Below, in pieces: positions 1-10,829 of a stretch of DNA of 64,000 nucleotides (the first letter of the stretch is position 1; the number at the start of each line of letters is the position of its first letter). The stretch is taken from positions 192,001 through 256,000 of the forward strand of contig CAVYHV010000017.1 of the NCBI GenBank assembly GCA_963768425.1, read 5' to 3'. Source of the stretch: Candidatus Bathyarchaeota archaeon (GTDB taxonomy: Archaea; Thermoproteota; Bathyarchaeia; Bathyarchaeales; Bathycorpusculaceae). The translations under genes and the position numbers were made by a program. The notes beneath the pieces are model-generated. The model ran no database searches. It worked only from the letters and a program-made list of their open reading frames with translations, and was not told where the DNA came from.

Positions 1-1142
1 TGCATAGTTACACATACTTTTCTGCCCCATGTCGGTGGGATAGAGAAGGTTGTTAATGAACAGAGCAAACGGCTCATGAAACGAAACTTTAAGCCCATGG
101 TTGTCACAAACCGCATCGGCACTCCCAAAACCTACACGGTTGATGGCGTAAGTGTCGAGTGCTATGAATCACTAAACACAGGCTTTCGCCTCGGCATACC
201 CTACTCCATTCCAACGCCTACAAGCCTTGGAACCTTTCTTAAAACCGTAAACGCAAGCGACATAGTCCATGCACACGGTCACCCATATCTAACCTCGCTT
301 ATCGCCGCAAAACTCGCCAAAAGGTACGACAAACCCTTCGTTTTAACCCAGCATAACACATTCATCCAGTACGACAGCATGTTCGACAACGTTGAGCGAC
401 TCAACGACTTGTCAGTAGGGAAGGAGACGCTTAAAGACGCAGACAGAATAATCGCGGTAAGCAACGCAACCAAAGAGTACGTCCTCAGCTTAGGCGCAAA
501 ACCGAGAAAAAATCAAAGTCCTCCACAACGGCGTAGACTTCGATCATTTCAGGCATCTGCCGGGAAAACAGGAGGAAATGCGAGCCAAATTTGGGATCCC
601 AAAGAACGCAGCCGTGGCAATAACTGTGACGCAGGCTGGTTTACAAGAACGGGATTGACACTTTGATTGAAAGCGCAAACCTCGCGATCAAAAAGAACCC
701 GAACCTTGTTTTCCTTGTCGTTGGAAAGGGACCCGACCAAAACGGGGTTCAAGCCAGGATTCGAGAGTTAGGGATAGAGGACAACTTTCGGCTAGCGGGT
801 TTCGTCAGCGACCAGGATTTACCGTTTTGCTATAACGCGGCCGACTTCTTTGTGTTGCCGTCTAAATCTGGTGAAGGTTTGCCTTTGGTTGCGCTTGAAG
901 CCATGGCTTGCGGCTTGCCGGTTGTAGCGACAGACGTCGGGGGGATTAGGGAGATTCTGATGGAAGATCACGGTGAATTGGTGCCGCCTAACCAGCCGGA
1001 GCTGATGGCTAAGGCAATCTTAGAATATTCCTATGCTGATTTATCTGTTGGCATACTGGAGCTCCGTGCTGCGGTTGAAGAAAAGTTTAGTTGGGAAAGA
1101 AACGTTGAAGCTCTCGTGGGAATATACGAAGAGCTTATTTAA
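1..1142 (+). CDS. GT4 family glycosyltransferase (5'-truncated by window edge; frameshifted at ~505-660)
   Basis: Frame 1 is open from base 1 (CIVTHTFLPHVGGIEKVV). Motifs DIVHAH, (shifted) IKVLHNGVD, and in ORF 663-1142 FVLPSKSGEGLPLVALEAMACGLPVVATDVGG. Extra A in the homopolymer at ~507-512. Confidence 0.9.
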
Positions 1143-1184
1143 CCAGATGTGAAAACACTATAGCCTTCAAGATGAGAGTTAGCC

Positions 1185-1922
1185 ATGACATCAAAAGTTG
1201 AAATGGTTTCGGTCGTCATTCCGACACTTAACGAAGCAGGAAACATACTTGAAGCAGTCAACACTATCCACAAAGAGCTAGCGTACCCCAACGAAATCAT
1301 CGTCGTTGACGGCAACTCCACCGACGGAACAATGGAGCTTGTGAAAGACACAAGTTTTTGCCGGCTGATCATCGAGCCAAGACGCGGCTATGGAATAGCT
1401 TTGCGGACTGGCATGAAAAACGCGAAGGGAAACATCATCGTTATGGTTGACGGTGACGGAACCTACGAGGTAAAACACATCAACCGCCTAGTTGAAAGAA
1501 TGCTTGAGAAAGACGCGGACATGGTTTTAGCCACACGCATGTTTGACCCGAAAAAAGCCATGGGATTCACGAATTTCATCGGGAACAAAATCATTACCTT
1601 GGTTTACGACTTCTTTTACAGCCAACTGCTCAGCGACACGCAATCGGGGTTTCGGGCGATATCGCATGAATGCATCGACAACGTGCCTTTGGTGGAAGGG
1701 GACATGGCTTTTGCCACCGAAATGCTGGTGCAGTTCGCCAAGGTCGGGTACAACATGGTTGAAATCCCCACAACTTACAAACCGCGCAAATATGGGCAGA
1801 CTAAGCTTAAACCATTTAAGTCAGGTATCGAAATATTTAGCACCATATTCAAGGGATTTCTTGATGCGGATACTGTTAGAACGTGCCAAAAGCATTGGAG
1901 AGAAAATAGGCTTAAACGATGA
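1185..1922 (+). CDS. GT2 glycosyltransferase, DPM1/polyprenol-phosphate sugar synthase-like
   Basis: SVVIPTLNE, VVDGNSTDGT, GYG, DGDGTY, DTQSGFRAI motifs. Confidence 0.9.
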   Translation: MTSKVEMVSVVIPTLNEAGNILEAVNTIHKELAYPNEIIVVDGNSTDGTMELVKDTSFCRLIIEPRRGYGIALRTGMKNAKGNIIVMVDGDGTYEVKHINRLVERMLEKDADMVLATRMFDPKKAMGFTNFIGNKIITLVYDFFYSQLLSDTQSGFRAISHECIDNVPLVEGDMAFATEMLVQFAKVGYNMVEIPTTYKPRKYGQTKLKPFKSGIEIFSTIFKGFLDADTVRTCQKHWRENRLKR

Positions 1923-2397
1923 CAAAGGCTACTTAGTTGCTATCGCCCTTGCCTTAATCATTATATCATCGTTGCTTGCAGGGTACTACTTGCTCTATAA
2001 GCCGGTGCCTGAAGGCTTCAGCACGATTTATCTGCTTGATTCGCAGAACAAAGCAGAAAATTACCCGCAAACTTTAGTTTCTAACCAGAACAGCACCTTT
2101 ACCTTGCCAGTTACTGTCGTGAACAACATGGGATACACAATGAAATACGAGGTTTTAGTGAAAATCACTGATGACCTAACCTCCTTGCCGGTCAATGTAT
2201 TGCCTATTGACACATACAATTTCACCTTGGGCAATGGTAAAACCTACCAAAAATCAGTCACAGTTACAGAAAACCAAGCTGGAACCTACTCAGTGGTTTT
2301 TGAGCTTTGGCAATACAATTCTGCTTCAGGAACTTACCAGTTTACAAACAACAATGTGCAGAATTATTGTGTCTTAAACATTCAAGTTATAAGTTAA
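1864..2397 (+). CDS. DUF1616-like membrane-anchored protein
   Basis: 3' part of ORF 1543-2397; likely start ATG at 1864. One TM helix followed by EGFSTIYLLDSQNKAENYP and a beta-rich domain ending VVFELW...L.I.V. Confidence 0.7.
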   Translation: MRILLERAKSIGEKIGLNDDKGYLVAIALALIIISSLLAGYYLLYKPVPEGFSTIYLLDSQNKAENYPQTLVSNQNSTFTLPVTVVNNMGYTMKYEVLVKITDDLTSLPVNVLPIDTYNFTLGNGKTYQKSVTVTENQAGTYSVVFELWQYNSASGTYQFTNNNVQNYCVLNIQVIS

Positions 2398-3861
2398 GTT
2401 TTCTTGTGAGTTTCAGCGTATTGTTTTTCGATTGCGACTCTGTGGATGTTGTTGTAGGCGCAGAAAGGTATGATTTTCAAGTCAGGCGTAATGTAGTGGA
2501 CAACGCATCGTCGGACACGATTTACGTCAAAGTTGTATGAATCCATAAACGCCATGCAGCCGAGCAGAAAGATCCGTCTGCGGATTTTGCCAAGCGACTG
2601 ATACGAGGGCGAAAGATGCATTCGCATAATCGAATTCATCAGAGTAAGCATCCCCACTTCCTGAGTTACCAATAGCATATTCATCGAAAGCATAGACGCC
2701 ATAAACAGCGAAGAAAGCAAGGAGAGTTTGCCTTTAGAATCCGCGTTCTCAGCGGTTTTTCGGATGGTGGAGAAGAATCGATCAAAGTTGACGAAACGGT
2801 TAATCGGGAACATTTTGCCGTCTTTGGAAACGTAAATCCAGTTTACGATGCCGCATTGGGGACTGCATGAGAAGAGGGGCCATGGCTTCTGCATGAATTT
2901 ACGCATTATCTTGATCGGAGAAGTCATAACCGACATGGGGTACAAATCGGTCATTTTTATTTCGCCGCCTGTTTGTTTTTCAACGTCTTCTGCAAATGAC
3001 CATTCGCGGAAGTTTTCTCGGAATGGGTTCTCGGTGGCTCTGCCCGTGAAGGCGATAGGTTGGAAAATCAAGCCTCGCACGATATCTGTGTTTTTGGCGG
3101 CGAACCGTATCATGTCGCCGACTTCTTTATCGTTCAGGCTCTTCATCAATGTGTTAACTAGGATGATTTCCATGTCGTATTTGCGGCAAACTTCGATAGC
3201 TTTGAGTTTTTCCTCTAGCAGCGCTTTTCCCCGAATCTTCTTGTTAAAATCGTCATGGAAACTGTCAAACGACAAATAAACAATGTTTAAGCCGTTAGCC
3301 TTTAGCTTCTTCGCCAGACCCGGGGTATCAACCAAATGTGTTCCGTTGGTTGCCAGAATAGTCATGAATTTCAACTTGTGGGCCGCCCCGATGATTTCAG
3401 GCATGTCCTCCCGTTCCAGGGGTTCTCCGCCTGAGAAAAGAATGGCTGGTGGCTTGGGGTTAGCTTGGCTAACGAACTCCAGCATTTTAATTAAGTGCTC
3501 TTTGGTTGGTTCATAATCGGTTCCTTGTTCCGGAAAAGTTGAGAAGCAGATGGCGCATCTGAAGGTTGCAGCGTTTCGTTACGTCGATTACGCCGATAAC
3601 CGTGCCTGAAGCGTGTTTGTTGCAGGTTTCGCATTTGTAGGGGCAGCCTTCTGGGTTTTTAGGGGCGTTCAAGTCGCCGAGGTATTGGAATTGATCATAA
3701 GTTTGCATGTGGTTGAAGACGGGTGTGCTTTGCCAGTGGGTGGCTTCGAATTCGCCGTGCTCTGGGCATTGCTTGGCGATTTTTATTTTGCCGTTAGCTT
3801 GAGTTAGTTGGGCGTCAATTTTCTTTTGGCATTCTGGACAGATGCTTTTTGTGTCGCTCAA
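2394..3861 (-). CDS. tes: Tetraether lipid synthase (Tes / GDGT-MAS, MJ0619-like) family radical SAM enzyme; one frameshift at ~3562
   Basis: N-terminal CPEC...CPEHG metal site; CPYKCETCNKH auxiliary cluster motif; removing one base restores CNLRCAIC; SGGEP; C-terminal CSPQCG...MAFMDSYNFDVNRVRRCVVHY...IPFCAYN. Confidence 0.82.
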
Positions 3862-4754
3862 CTTACAGCCCTCCTACCATGTGGGATAGCCGCTTGTAGT
3901 ATTAAAGCCAACGGAAGCAGAATCATCGACATTGTTACTATACGTTCGTATTTCCGCACACTCGCGATATTTGAAGCTGTAGTTGCCAGGCGAACTGAAG
4001 AATAAATCAATAGGGCGCTCCAAACAAGAATGGGAGCCAAATAGTAAAAGTTAAAGTGGCGCTACGAAAAAGGGAAATGGTGCAAGTAACCCTGTTAAGA
4101 AAAAGAACCCAGCCGCGGCTTTCGATGAGTCTCCGATACCGATTTTCTGCGGAAGCGTGGGATACCCCGTTTTTGAGTCGCCGTCAAGGCTCAGCACGTC
4201 GCGCAGCACGTTGCCGCCTATAGTTCCCAAAGCTATTGGGTAGAGACTGAGAGAAATGATGCTGATGGTCGGCGGGACTAGAGATTGTTGCTTCTCCGTA
4301 GAGAAAAGCGGTTCCTGTTAAGATTCCGACCAAAACGTTGGCTGCAAACCCTGACTTACGTTTTACAAACAGTAGAGTAAACCAGCAGCAAAGCTGAGTC
4401 GGCAGCGATAATCGCGAAACTTAACCAGTTAATGAAGAAAGCCAGAGCTAAACCCGCTGCGAAAAGCACACTTGAAATAGCCACGACCTGCTTCAAGGAC
4501 AGGGAACCTGAGGGTATGGGTCGTTTAGGCTTTATAACTGCGTCACTTTCTCTGTCGAAGTAGTCGTTTATTGCGAAGCCTGCGGAGGTTATGAAAGCCA
4601 TGGAAAAGAAAATCAGCAAAACCGTTTGGACGCTGAGGTCGGCGGGATTTTTTGTGATAGCAAAAGCTGTCAGGAGGGATAAACCGCCAGTCATCAACCA
4701 GTATGGAAGACGCAACAGAGCGATTAGTCCTCTGGCTGGGGCTGGAGCAGCCAT
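3858..4754 (-). CDS. UbiA family prenyltransferase, DGGGP synthase-like (frameshifted)
   Basis: AINDYFDRESDAVIKPKRPIPSG motif; after a frameshift at ~4365 the frame continues KRKSGFAANVLVG...RDVLSLDGDSKTGYPTLP (second Asp-rich motif, divergent); multiple TM helices. Confidence 0.82.
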
Positions 4755-5683
4755 TAAATTTTCCTGTCAGCGATGACTTCTTTAATGCTCTCCTCAAGGC
4801 TTACTTTGGGGCTCCAGTTTAACTCCTTTTTTGCTTTGCTGTTATCGAACCATATGGTGGTAACGTCGCCCTGCCAGGAGACGCCTGTGGTTGTTACGAC
4901 TGTTTTGTCCTGAAGATTAAGGATTTGAAGCATGAGTTTGGCGAGGTCAATTATTTTTATGGTCGTCCCGTAACCTAAATTGTAGGTTCTGCCGTTTGTG
5001 AACTCTTCCGAGCCTACGGTTATCAGCGCGTCAACCACGTCTGAAACATGCACGAAATCGCGTGACTGCAAGCCTGTGCCGATTATTTCAAGTTTGGCCG
5101 GGTTCTTGGCGATTTTGTCTAAAAAGTCATGGATAACCCCGTGGCACCTTAAACCGTATACGTTGGCGAACCTCATGATGGTGACGTCTAATCCGTATTG
5201 GTCGCGGTACATTTCACAGTATTCTTCACCGACAACCTTGGATAACCCGTAACATGAGAAAGGATGAAAACCATAGGTCTCAGGAGTTGGGAAGACAGTT
5301 GGGTTACCGTAGACTGCGGCGCTGGACGCAAAAACCAGTTTGGCATCGTCTTTACGGGCTTTTTCCAGCACATGAACGGTTCCTTTAGCGTTAGTTTCAA
5401 AATCTATCAGCGGATTCTCCATGGAGTATGGAACAACAACTTGAGCGGCTAAATGGTATATTAGGTCGGCTTTTTCCACGGAAAGCAGCTTCTTGGGGTC
5501 GAGGATGTCACCTTTCACAAGTTTTGCTTTGCCGACATCTTTTACATTTTCCATTTTGCCGCTTGACAAGTTATCGTAAATCGTCAAATCGGAAGTTAAG
5601 CCGGCAAGGCGCTTGCACAAATGGAACCCGATGAAGCCTGCGCCGCCCGTTACAAGAATCTTTTTCCCCTTAAGTTCTCCCAT
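4754..5683 (-). CDS. NAD-dependent sugar epimerase/dehydratase (GalE-like extended SDR)
   Basis: TGGAGFIG, SSAAVYG, YGLSK, RDFVHVSD; likely start ATG at 5683. Confidence 0.92.
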   Translation of the reverse strand: MGELKGKKILVTGGAGFIGFHLCKRLAGLTSDLTIYDNLSSGKMENVKDVGKAKLVKGDILDPKKLLSVEKADLIYHLAAQVVVPYSMENPLIDFETNAKGTVHVLEKARKDDAKLVFASSAAVYGNPTVFPTPETYGFHPFSCYGLSKVVGEEYCEMYRDQYGLDVTIMRFANVYGLRCHGVIHDFLDKIAKNPAKLEIIGTGLQSRDFVHVSDVVDALITVGSEEFTNGRTYNLGYGTTIKIIDLAKLMLQILNLQDKTVVTTTGVSWQGDVTTIWFDNSKAKKELNWSPKVSLEESIKEVIADRKI

Positions 5684-5730
5684 AACTATCACGACAAAGT
5701 CTATATTCCATTTCAATTAGTGTAGGGTAT

Positions 5731-6560
5731 ATGTCGCCTGAGAAAGCTATAAAAACTTTTAGGGATTTGCTGGCTTTCCTAACAATAATCCCCGCGGGCG
5801 GAAAAGAAGATTTCATATTCACAACGGCGGAGCACGTTTACCTTTTCCCCGTCATCGGCGGCTTAATCGGCGTGCTTGCAGGAGCCTACTTTCTCGGCGC
5901 AAACTTTATTGTCCACTTTTTGCTCGGGGCAGTTAACACGTTAATCGCCTTGCCAGTCGACACGCTGTCGAAGCTTGCTGTTGCGGCTATGACAGTGGCG
6001 TTCCTACTGGTCATAACTGGACTCCAACATTTTGACGGCTTAATAGACTTAGGAAACGCGTTTGGCTCAAGAAACCTGCACGACCGCAAGATGGTCGCCC
6101 ACGCTTGGACTGTTACTTATTGGGGAGCATTGCTGGCAATGATTGTCGAGTTTGCAGCATTCGCAGGGTTGTTTTTGATTAACCCGCTCTACGCTTTCGG
6201 AGCCATTTTGCCGCTGAACTTTCAGCGAAACTATCTATGGTCACAATCGTCTGGGTAGGCAAACCCACACATAAGGGGTTAGGCTCAATTTTCCTGCAAA
6301 AAGCAAAAATCAAACTTAACATAATCGCTTACGCACTCTCTATCATTCTTGTATATCCTTTCTTCGCCTTGATAGGCAAACCTTACTTGGGCTTAATCGC
6401 AGTTGGGCTGGTTCTGGTCAGCATCCCAGTGGCGTTGGCGATGGAGAAAGTTGCAGAAAACATCTTTGGCGGAGTCTCAGGGGACGTAATAGGCGCAACA
6501 AATGAGGTTTCTCGTGCAGTTGCGCTTATTTTATTTGCAGGCGTGTTGATTCTTCTATGA
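5731..6560 (+). CDS. cobS: Adenosylcobinamide-GDP ribazoletransferase (cobalamin synthase); frameshift at ~6207
   Basis: FLTIIP, FPVIGGLIG, TGLQHFDGLID, GLG, FGGVSGDVIGATNE across ORFs 5731-6258 and 6237-6560. Confidence 0.88.
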
Positions 6561-7174
6561 AAGTTCCCGCGTTGATTATGGCTGGCGGCAAAGGCAAACG
6601 CATCGGGTTACCTATAGAGAAGCCGCTTCTGCCTTTTCTAGGCAAGCCACTACTTGACTGGGTTGCAGAGGCAGTGAGTTGTGCAACGAAGGTTTCTGAA
6701 TTTTACGTTGTGACGAGCTCGAACACTCCCGAAACTGAGAAGCATAGTTTAAGCATGGGATGGAAGGTTCTACGAACGGATGCCAAGGGGTACCATAACG
6801 ATTTGAAGCAGGCAGCCTTGCAAGCGAACCTTTCAGGTCCCATTTTGACCATTCCAGCGGATTCCCCGGCTATAACAGGCAAGTTCCTCGACAAAATAGT
6901 GGACCAGTTTGAACGGTGTGGGAAAGACTTCTACGCGGTTTTCGTACCCATCCCGGCCCGCGAAAAGTTGGGGCTGTCCGTCGATTCCACCGATGAGTAC
7001 AAAGGAGAATGGTATGCTGTATCGGGAGTCAATATCATTGATGGCACCAAAAGTCAGACGGAAGGAAAAATTGAGACAAATGCCTTCATCACGGAAGAAA
7101 TCGAAGTGCTACTTAACATTAACACACTAAGAGACTTGGAAACAGCGGAAAAAGTCATGAAAAGCAAACTTTAA
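6557..7174 (+). CDS. cobY: Adenosylcobinamide-phosphate guanylyltransferase (archaeal CobY)
   Basis: ALIMAGGKGKR...EKPL...GKPL NTP-transferase motif, GY..DL, NINT.DL; ATGA overlap with cobS. Confidence 0.88.
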   Translation: MKVPALIMAGGKGKRIGLPIEKPLLPFLGKPLLDWVAEAVSCATKVSEFYVVTSSNTPETEKHSLSMGWKVLRTDAKGYHNDLKQAALQANLSGPILTIPADSPAITGKFLDKIVDQFERCGKDFYAVFVPIPAREKLGLSVDSTDEYKGEWYAVSGVNIIDGTKSQTEGKIETNAFITEEIEVLLNINTLRDLETAEKVMKSKL

Positions 7175-7247
7175 CGTTTAGGGAAATATTTAACATCCGC
7201 ACATAACCTACTCTAAACCTGTTGTTGTTTCAGGAGACCTGCTTTGG

Positions 7248-8681
7248 ATGAGTCTGCTTAGCCATGATAGCTTCTGGAATGCAGTGATAACACTGCCTGT
7301 GACTAAGCGGATGCTCAAGCTGTCACTAAAAAAGTGTCCAGCGTGCGGCAGAACTGTTCTTGAAGCAGCATTGGATTCTTACGCGAGAAAAACTGATCGG
7401 GACTGCCCAAAATGCAGCGCTCTTTATTCGCAGATTATTGGTTTCTGGGTCGAGTTTCTCAGGCGCAGTTTAAATATTAAACGGGAAAAAGTTGAGAAAC
7501 TCCTCGCTGACCCATATGCACGTCGCGCGGTTTTAAATTTGACGAAAAGCTTCGGCACTTTGGGCATCAAAAAACCGATTTCTCTTTGCGCGCCTTTCCT
7601 CATTGTCTGGGACTTCACACATAAATGCAACCTGAACTGCAAACACTGCTATTCGAACAGCGGCGTCGTCAAAGAGGAAGAGCTTTCAACGGAGCAGGCT
7701 AAGGCGGTGGTTGACCAGCTTGCAGATGCGGGAGTGACTGCATTGGCTTTTTCAGGCGGCGAGCCCCTGACGCGGAAGGACTTCTTTGAGGTTGCGAAGC
7801 ATGCGGCAGACCGGGGGCTTTACGTGTCGGTAGCCACAAATGGAACTTTGCTTACTAAGGAGAACGTGACGAAGCTCAAACAAGCCAAGGTCAACTACCT
7901 TGACATAAGCATTGACGGGGCATCAGCCAAGACGCATGATGAGTTTCGCGGTGTGCCAGGCGCGTTTGACAAGGCGGTTACTGGGCTGAAAAACTGCGTG
8001 GAAGCCGACCTATGTGTTTGCATTGCTTCAACGGCAACAAAAACCAACTTTGAAGAGTTCCCTAAAATTGTCGATTTAGCCGAGGAAGTGGGCGCCGAAC
8101 GGTTCACTTACTTCAATTTCATCCCCACAGGCAGAGGCAAAGCGCACTACGACCAAGACCTCTCGCCCGAAGAACGTGAAAAACTGATGCGATACCTGCT
8201 CGCGCGAATGTCAAAGGGCTGCAAAACTACCATTCTCACTACGGCGCCGCAGCTCGCCCGGGTTGGCTTGCAATGTCAGGGGCCAGAGGGCACAGGTGAA
8301 GTCACTATGTCCATGGCACATATGCAAACCGTCAAAGTAACCAAGAAAGCCGTGCCGCTGGCAGACTTCATCGGCGGCTGCGGAGCAGGCAGACTCTACT
8401 GTTCTTTGTCGCCCCAAGGAGACGTACACCCATGCGTCTTTCTGCCAGTGAACGTCGGTAACCTAAAAAACGAAAATTTTCAGGAAATCTGGCTCAATGC
8501 TCCCCTCTTCAAATCTTTGCGGAACAGAGGCAACATTAAAGGAGCCTGCGGAAAATGCACGTACAAGTACATTTGCGGCGGATGCAGGGCACGTTCAGCG
8601 GCTTACCATAACGGCGACATGCTCAACTCAGACCCAGGCTGCATAATGGGAAAATATGCGGAGGCTGCCAAAAACGCCTGA
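7248..8681 (+). CDS. Radical SAM/SPASM protein with N-terminal Cys-rich extension
   Basis: APFLIVWDFTHKCNLNCKHC, FSGGEPL, SPASM GCGAG...PC...CGKCTYKYICGGCRAR...DPGC; N-terminal CPAC and CPKC. Confidence 0.92.
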   Translation: MSLLSHDSFWNAVITLPVTKRMLKLSLKKCPACGRTVLEAALDSYARKTDRDCPKCSALYSQIIGFWVEFLRRSLNIKREKVEKLLADPYARRAVLNLTKSFGTLGIKKPISLCAPFLIVWDFTHKCNLNCKHCYSNSGVVKEEELSTEQAKAVVDQLADAGVTALAFSGGEPLTRKDFFEVAKHAADRGLYVSVATNGTLLTKENVTKLKQAKVNYLDISIDGASAKTHDEFRGVPGAFDKAVTGLKNCVEADLCVCIASTATKTNFEEFPKIVDLAEEVGAERFTYFNFIPTGRGKAHYDQDLSPEEREKLMRYLLARMSKGCKTTILTTAPQLARVGLQCQGPEGTGEVTMSMAHMQTVKVTKKAVPLADFIGGCGAGRLYCSLSPQGDVHPCVFLPVNVGNLKNENFQEIWLNAPLFKSLRNRGNIKGACGKCTYKYICGGCRARSAAYHNGDMLNSDPGCIMGKYAEAAKNA

Positions 8682-9633
8682 GCAAAAAAGTGTTAAAATC
8701 TTAAGAGCACATGGCGGCGTAAGCGACATTTTGAAACAAGCCGTCGCAGACTCGGGATTGCGCGGAAAACGCAAAATTTACGTGAAACCCAACATGAGCC
8801 ATCCTGAGTACGTTCCGGGTGTGGTAACTTGCCCCCAGATGCTGGGTGAACTGGTGGGTTTGCTGCGAGACGGCAACAGCGAAGTCGTGGTTGGAGAATC
8901 AAATGGGTTCAATTACCCCTGCAACTCCGCTTTTGAAAAAACAGGAATAGAAGCGGCAGTGAAGCAAGCAGGCGGCAGCGTCATTAACCTGTCAGAAGAT
9001 AAAGTCGTAAAAGTAAAATTTTCTGATGGCAACACCTCGGTCAAGGAGCTGTTTTTGCCAAAAACCATCTTGGAAGCAGACGCCGTGGTCGATTTGCCGT
9101 TGATGAAGACACATGAAATCGCGATGTACAGCGGCGCAATAAAAAACCTGTTCGGCTGCATCCCCAGCAACAGGCGGATATACCTTCACCCTTACCTCCC
9201 AGAAGTCTTCCACCGGCTTTACACTGTTTTGAAACCTCAGCTGACCATAATGGACGCGAGAATCGGGATCGAGGGCAACGGACCCACAAAAGGAAAACCC
9301 GTCAAAATGGACCTGATGCTGATTAGCAATGACGCCTTAGCCATCGACATCACAGCCGCGAAAATAATGCAGCTAAATTGGGAAGAAACCTACCTGGGTT
9401 TCATCGCCAAAAAGACGGGCTTGAAAGAAAACGCGGTAAGTGTGCAGGGGTTGCAAATTAAGGAGGTCTCCCGCAAATTTGAACAGCCCAGAATCGATTT
9501 GCCAGTTAAAGCCCAAATGGAAATTTATCAACACGAATACTTGACGAAGCTGCTGTTCTGCTCGTTGGATGTGGTTAAGCTTTTCCAGAAAGTTACAATG
9601 GCTTGGAGACGCGAACCAGTTCAAATCGCTTAG
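8656..9633 (+). CDS. DUF362 domain (putative Fe-S) protein
   Basis: VKPN, VTCP, VGES, P.MKTH, GAIKNLFG, H, D...GIEGNGP, D.LAID motifs. Confidence 0.85.
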   Translation: MRRLPKTPEQKSVKILRAHGGVSDILKQAVADSGLRGKRKIYVKPNMSHPEYVPGVVTCPQMLGELVGLLRDGNSEVVVGESNGFNYPCNSAFEKTGIEAAVKQAGGSVINLSEDKVVKVKFSDGNTSVKELFLPKTILEADAVVDLPLMKTHEIAMYSGAIKNLFGCIPSNRRIYLHPYLPEVFHRLYTVLKPQLTIMDARIGIEGNGPTKGKPVKMDLMLISNDALAIDITAAKIMQLNWEETYLGFIAKKTGLKENAVSVQGLQIKEVSRKFEQPRIDLPVKAQMEIYQHEYLTKLLFCSLDVVKLFQKVTMAWRREPVQIA

Positions 9634-10829
9634 CGTAGCGCTTCATCATATACTTTGATTGCGTCTTTAACTACTATACGCCAATCAAACCTTTCTAAAA
9701 TCGTTTTTCGTGCAACCATACCCATTTCCTGAGCATCAACTGGATGCTCAAGCAGGTACAAGATCTTGTCAGCGAATTGTTCAGGGTGAAATGGCTCAAC
9801 CATAAAACCGTCTTTGCCATTGTCGATGGTTTCAGGGATTCCACCAACTCTTGTTGTTACGACTGGCAACCCTGTTGAGAGCGCTTCCAGAACAGCGAAG
9901 GGATGGTGCTCGTAGAAAGTGCTGAAGGCGAAGACGTCGGCGGCCTGATAGAGCTTGGGCAGTTCTTTGTCGGGTGTGTAGCCTGTAAAGACGATGCTGT
10001 CTTTGACGCCTAGGCGCTGGGCATGGGCGATGAGTTTGGACATTTCGTCGCTTTGCCCCTTGCCTGAAACGATGAACTTCGCCCTTGGAAACCGCTTCAC
10101 TACGGCTGGCACGCTTTCTATCAGCGTGAACAAGCCCTTGCGGGCATAGAGCCTGCCCACGGACACGATTGCTGGGTCGTCCGGGCTGAAGCCGAGTTCC
10201 CGTTTGATTCTGCGTTTGTCGACGACTGGCTGGAATTTGCTTGTGTCGACGCCGTTGTGGATGACCCTGATTTTCCCCGCGGGGATCTTGTAGTAATTTG
10301 TCAACTCGCGCTTTGTGAAGTGGCTGACCGCTATTATTCTGCGCGCCCGACGCAGCATGCCCTCCTCAAAATACCTCAAAAACCAGTTAAAGCTCACGAG
10401 GAATTTTTCGTTGGCGTTGAGGCGGCTGTAAGGTTCGCTGCTGATGGCTTCAGCCTCGCCCTTCCAAGTGGAGTGAACGGTGCATACAAGGGTTTTGCCG
10501 AAGCGGGGTGGAACCGCAAAGTTGGGCGTCAGTGGCAACTGGGGATGAGTAATGTCGATGGCTGCGGCGTCGCGGACGCTTTGGAGTTTGCGGTAGCTTG
10601 CGCCCGCAAGCATAAACGACTTAATTATCGGCATCTTTGGAATTTTGAGGAAGGACACGTCCAGTTGAGAGTTGACTTTGACGTCTTGGGCTTGGTTGCC
10701 TCCGGTGACCACGTAAATTTTGTAGCCGTTCCTGAGCAGTTCGCAGGACAGGTAGTACACGTAGGATCCTGTGCCTCCCGTGAGGGGCCAGTACTCGGGC
10801 GAGATGAAGCAGACCTTGGGCGGCATCAC
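9630..10829 (-). CDS. GT4 family glycosyltransferase
   Basis: PEYWPLTGG, IHNGVD, VGRLYARKG, EHHPFAVLEALSTGLPVV. Confidence 0.92.
   Translation of the reverse strand: MMPPKVCFISPEYWPLTGGTGSYVYYLSCELLRNGYKIYVVTGGNQAQDVKVNSQLDVSFLKIPKMPIIKSFMLAGASYRKLQSVRDAAAIDITHPQLPLTPNFAVPPRFGKTLVCTVHSTWKGEAEAISSEPYSRLNANEKFLVSFNWFLRYFEEGMLRRARRIIAVSHFTKRELTNYYKIPAGKIRVIHNGVDTSKFQPVVDKRRIKRELGFSPDDPAIVSVGRLYARKGLFTLIESVPAVVKRFPRAKFIVSGKGQSDEMSKLIAHAQRLGVKDSIVFTGYTPDKELPKLYQAADVFAFSTFYEHHPFAVLEALSTGLPVVTTRVGGIPETIDNGKDGFMVEPFHPEQFADKILYLLEHPVDAQEMGMVARKTILERFDWRIVVKDAIKVYDEALR

Noticed and set aside
1543-1863. 5' part of the 284-aa ORF 1543-2397
   Set aside because: It overlaps the GT2 gene in another frame; the plausible protein starts at ATG 1864.
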